A stretch of DNA of 64,000 bases from Octopus vulgaris. Lineage: Eukaryota. Below are positions 56,040 to 64,000 of the stretch, piece after piece (position 1 is the stretch's first letter; every line of letters starts with the position of its first letter). The notes below the pieces were generated by a model, which worked only from the letters and a program-made list of their open reading frames with translations, was not told where the DNA came from and made no database searches. The stretch lies in NCBI GenBank assembly GCA_951406725.2, contig OX597818.1, positions 89,032,001 to 89,096,000 on the forward strand, in the 5' to 3' direction. Both the position numbers and the translations under genes were made by a program.

Positions 56040-56450
56040 TAATAGTGACGGAGGGGCGGTGATGGTGGAGGCATGTTGATGGTGGGGACGGTGATGGTGG
56101 GGACGGTAATGGTGGAGGTAACGTTGGTTGGTAGTAGTGTTGATAGTGGTAGTTGTATGATGGTGGGGTGATGCTGGTGGTGGTGGTGGTGGTGGTGCAA
56201 CTGCTGCTGGTGATGGTGGTGGTGGTGGTGGTGGTGGTGCAACTGCTGCTGGTGATGGTGGTGGTGGTGGCAGTGTTGGTGACAATGATAGTGATATAGT
56301 GTTGGTGGTGTTGGTGATGGAGGTAGTGTTTACGTTGGTGGTGTTGATGGTGATGTTGGTGGTGCTGCTGATGAGGGAAGATAGTGTGGTTGTTGTTGTT
56401 GTTGTTGTTAGTGGTGGTGGTGGTGGTGGTGGTTGTTGCACTACCACCAT
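56040..56450. repeat. (GGT)n-type trinucleotide block
   Basis: Read directly from the sequence. Confidence 0.9.
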
Positions 56451-57083
56451 ACTACTTCTGCAGCCTATACTGTAAGAACTATTATTGCTACTATTATACC
56501 TATACTCATAAAGTTCTTACTTTCAACTCCATCTGCAATCCTAATAAGGGGTTTTGCCATATTTATATAGACTCTCTATGTTCTTATTTCAATTTTTGTC
56601 CTGGTTAATTTCGCCTTTCATTCCTCCGGGGTCCATGATATAAAGTCCGAGTAATGTACTGAACTGATTGTATCACATAAACGTGTCACATAAATTAAAG
56701 CTCATCATTTTAGTAGTGTAAGCCGCGCTACTAAAAATTTAAGGTAATCTTCGTTCGCCTGCCATTCAGAATGTCCCACGAACCGCTGTTTGCCCATAAG
56801 TGGACTAACCCTCTTTGTTTCAAATATCATATTTGTAGTTAAAAGAATTAGCTGACTTTTGGCTGCTATTTCTAAATTTTCGGTATGTGGTGAAGCAACT
56901 TGTTGCTAAGCATTTAATTATATTTATAATTATATATATAAAAAAACTTTTTGTACAAGTTTTTACCAATAAGGCTTTTTTTTCATACCGAAACTACTTG
57001 GTAAAATTTATTGATTATTAAATTAATAATTCTTTAACCTATATCTATAATAAATATATACACATATACATACATACATACAT

Positions 57084-57141
<58 letters not shown>

Positions 57142-57287
57142 TGGCCTGCTTGCTTAGCCAGCGGGGTGGCGTCATTTGAAGGCTAAAACAATGCCAAGCG
57201 CATTGTGACCAGCGATGTATAACAAGATCTGATAGCCTGGTCGGTTACGGTGATCACGGTGATATATATATATATACATATATATAT

Positions 57288-57376
<89 letters not shown>

Positions 57377-57410
57377 CATATATACATATACATATGTATG
57401 TACATATACA

Positions 57411-57447
<37 letters not shown>

Positions 57448-57934
57448 CGTAGTAGATTTCTAACCCGCTTAAAATCACCAGCTAGTTATTGGGTGTCTTT
57501 CGTGGAGACCACACATGCTATAATTATTAGGACAAGGTCTTTAGTGTGAAGCTGAAGGAGATTATTTGGTGCAGCTCTTTCGGCAGTGACGATATGGCGC
57601 GGCAGACTGGAGGCAAGACGTGGGCGTGCACTTAGATAGAAATATACATGGGCAGAGAGAGACAGAGAGAGAGTAGGAGAGAGAAAAAGAGAGACGCTAT
57701 ACATGTGAACAATCATAACTAGGTTTTAACGCATAACGAGGAAGAGAAAAACAAAGACAGGAAGAGAAAGAGGGAGAAAAAGAGAGAGAAAGAGTGGGAG
57801 AGAAGGAAACTTTAAAAGATTCCCTAAATCCCTGGAACCCACGAAATAGGGTCACACGACGGGATGCAGTTTCAAATCACACCCATGCCATAACATCTCA
57901 TAGCATCTAAAGCCACGAATTCTAATTTTACTTT

Positions 57935-59972
<2,038 letters not shown>

Positions 59973-59975
<3 letters not shown>

Positions 59976-60440
59976 AAAAGATGGGCTACAGCAAATATTC
60001 TGCTCAATACCACATATTTGCTTGTCAGTTGTTTGACCTTAACCAGTTGAGCATGTCCCTTAGTGGCTGACGATATGTGCATCTCTGATCACGAGCAGAA
60101 GTAGTAGGGGAGCATCATAGCCATGTGTTGAGAAGGATTCTTTGGGGTTTGAATAATTCACCTCTGGAAACATGGGTGGTCCTTTCAACATCCTTAAACA
60201 ACCCTTATTCAGGGACCTTTTGAGCGGGATGGGCTACTCAACCTGAAGAAAATTATAACTGGGCCCCACCTGCAAGGTCATGTGCTGTTTATCTTGATAT
60301 GAGATCACCATGTCGCGCACATATGGTTGTGATGCATGTGCCTGGTGTACCCTTATCAGACGGGTAGTCATGATGGGTATATTGGGCTTCGTATATTTTA
60401 CCCCAGTGTCACTTTGATGGCATGCGCTGCTCTCTCACTC
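59973..60440. mobile_element. Non-coding dispersed repeat embedded in (AAT)n
   Basis: Second copy at 62075-62340 (AAAAGATGGGCTACAGCAAATATTCTG..CTCTGATCACGAG). Confidence 0.8.
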
Positions 60441-62020
<1,580 letters not shown>

Positions 62021-62074
62021 TGATGATGATGATGACGACGACGACGACGATGATGATGATGATGATAATGATAA

Positions 62075-62340
62075 GCCCTGATGCAGTACCAGGCAGTGGC
62101 ACTCAAGACTTCTAATCTTAACTGATTGGAAGTGTTATCATGTACATTGTTTTGTCTTGGTATAAAAGATGGGCTACAGCAAATATTCTGTTCAATACCA
62201 CAGATCTGCTCGTCAGTTGTTTGACCTTTACCAGTTGAGCATGTTCCTTGGTGACTGACGATATATTCTTCTCTGATCACGAGAAGAAGTAGTGGGGAGT
62301 CATCATATCCATGTGCTGAAAGGAATTCTTTGGTGTTTGG
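62075..62340. mobile_element. Second copy of the (AAT)n-associated repeat
   Basis: 62160-62340 aligns with 59973-60150. Confidence 0.8.
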
Positions 62341-62347
62341 GGATATA

Positions 62348-62470
62348 CAGTGGCGGCCAAAATGTTCAGAACGGCATTGTTTTCGTCAGAAAAGTAGTTA
62401 TAATTTTTTATCAAAGTTGTTTTATATTCTATAATTTTCACAGAGAATAAATACGATATTATTTGTTATT
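62348..62470 (+). mobile_element. Tc1/mariner terminal fragment
   Basis: TA-CAGTGGCGGCCAAAATGTTCAGAAC is a TIR-like start. Confidence 0.5.
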
Positions 62471-62506
62471 TCCTGAGATTTTGGATGATTTAGTGATTTA
62501 CTGCAA

Positions 62507-62638
<132 letters not shown>

Positions 62639-62840
62639 CATATATATTATTTCTAGCACCTTAGTCATATGTAGTGACAGTTATAATAATTATAGTCCTT
62701 TTTGGTAAAACATTGCATACTACTGTCTATATCAATTTTCTGTATACACATTAGCGATTCGCTAAATCATCCATAGATTTTTTTGGTGCAAACATATAAA
62801 CTGACAGTGAATTATGTCCGAAATGTGCCGAGGTCGAGTT

Positions 62841-62898
62841 AATCCTTACTGATGAGGCAACGGAAATTGCCGAAAGTTACCGGTCAGTATAGAGGGTT
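62841..62898 (+). ncRNA. Type I hammerhead-like motif
   Basis: aatcctta CTGATGA ggcaa cggaaa ttgcc GAAA gttaccggtcag TA tagagggtt: perfect helix II, decayed palindromic helix III. Confidence 0.65.
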
Positions 62899-63065
62899 CT
62901 CGATCGGTGTTTTCCGGCGATTATAGACCTTGCTTTTAAATGCATCAATTCTCTGTATGTGCATTTATTTCCTAGATTACTGATATTTAGCAATGGTTTC
63001 TGCCAATAATTGGATGCGCTATTTCCTATCAGTCATAAAACTGTTGGCGTTTTTGACGACACGAG

Positions 63066-63129
<64 letters not shown>

Positions 63130-63867
63130 GTATTCCTCATTCGACCTCATCAAAGTTTAGTTGATTGATGATGATGACGAGGAGGAGGAGGAGGAGGAGG
63201 AAGAGGAGGCGGAAAAAGAAGAAGAAGACGTTAATATCTCATTTTCATAGACGGCATAAACAACCTAGATGAAGGGATTATTTTTATCTTTGTACCTTTT
63301 TTTGTGCCCTTGATTTTTTTTAATAATTTCGTTCCGATAGACTTTAAAGGAGAAAAGTGCGTACATACATTCACACATACGTACGTAGATACGGAAGTAC
63401 AGACATACACACATATATACGTATATACATACACACATGCATGCATACATACATACAGACAGACGTACGTGCGTGCGTGTATGCATGCATAATTACGTAC
63501 GTACATGCATACACACATACATATACACATACATTCATGCATGCATGCATGCATCAATCCATGCATACATACATATATATGCATGCATACATACATACAT
63601 TCATTCATACATAAGTACGTAGGTAAGTACGTAAGCACGAACGTACATACTTACACACACACATACATACATACATCCATACATGTATGCATACATTCAT
63701 CATTCCATACATACATACATACATACATACATGTACATAAATGCATGCATATTTGCGTACATGCATACACAATCAAACCGACAGACCGACAGGCAGGCAA
63801 CTAGCTAACCAGACCGACTGACAGACAGAGAAATAAGCAGATAGGCTGAGAGAGCGATCGATCGATC

Positions 63868-63929
<62 letters not shown>

Positions 63930-63934
63930 CAGAC

Positions 63935-64000
<66 letters not shown>
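63868..64000. repeat. (GATA)n tetranucleotide microsatellite
   Basis: Read directly from the sequence. Confidence 0.95.

Noticed and set aside
56960-57010. Very degenerate hammerhead-like string (CCAATAA..GAAA ctacttgg TA)
   Set aside because: Three core mismatches make it too decayed to call.

Overview
This is AT-rich, microsatellite-saturated eukaryotic DNA. The SINE families look like those of Octopus (recalled, not searched). I find no convincing host protein-coding gene, and most ORFs in the track are microsatellite artefacts. The window is a decayed transposon landscape: three abundant tRNA-derived SINE families, two Penelope-like elements (RT + GIY-YIG), a CR1/L2-group LINE, an R4/Dong LINE inside (AAT)n, a Tx1/L1 3' fragment, a near full-length Chapaev3-type DNA transposon, and Tc1, maT (DD37D), mariner and Tigger relics. 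Two things stand out. (1) Two divergent, TSD-flanked, ORF1-only (HAL1-like) retroelements at 33.3-35.0 kb and 48.6-50.9 kb encode only a gag-like zinc-knuckle protein, and both sit at the same site, in the same orientation, in the tRNA-derived head of one SINE family. One of them shares a 3' hairpin tail with the Tx1 fragment and with a second SINE family, suggesting a site-preferring three-tier LINE / half-LINE / SINE system. (2) About a dozen minimal type I hammerhead-like motifs, mostly decayed, lie in short, largely unrelated modules embedded in (TA)n. Several have direct-repeat or fold-back architecture (Penelope pLTR or retrozyme-like). Coordinates were read by eye, so boundaries are approximate.
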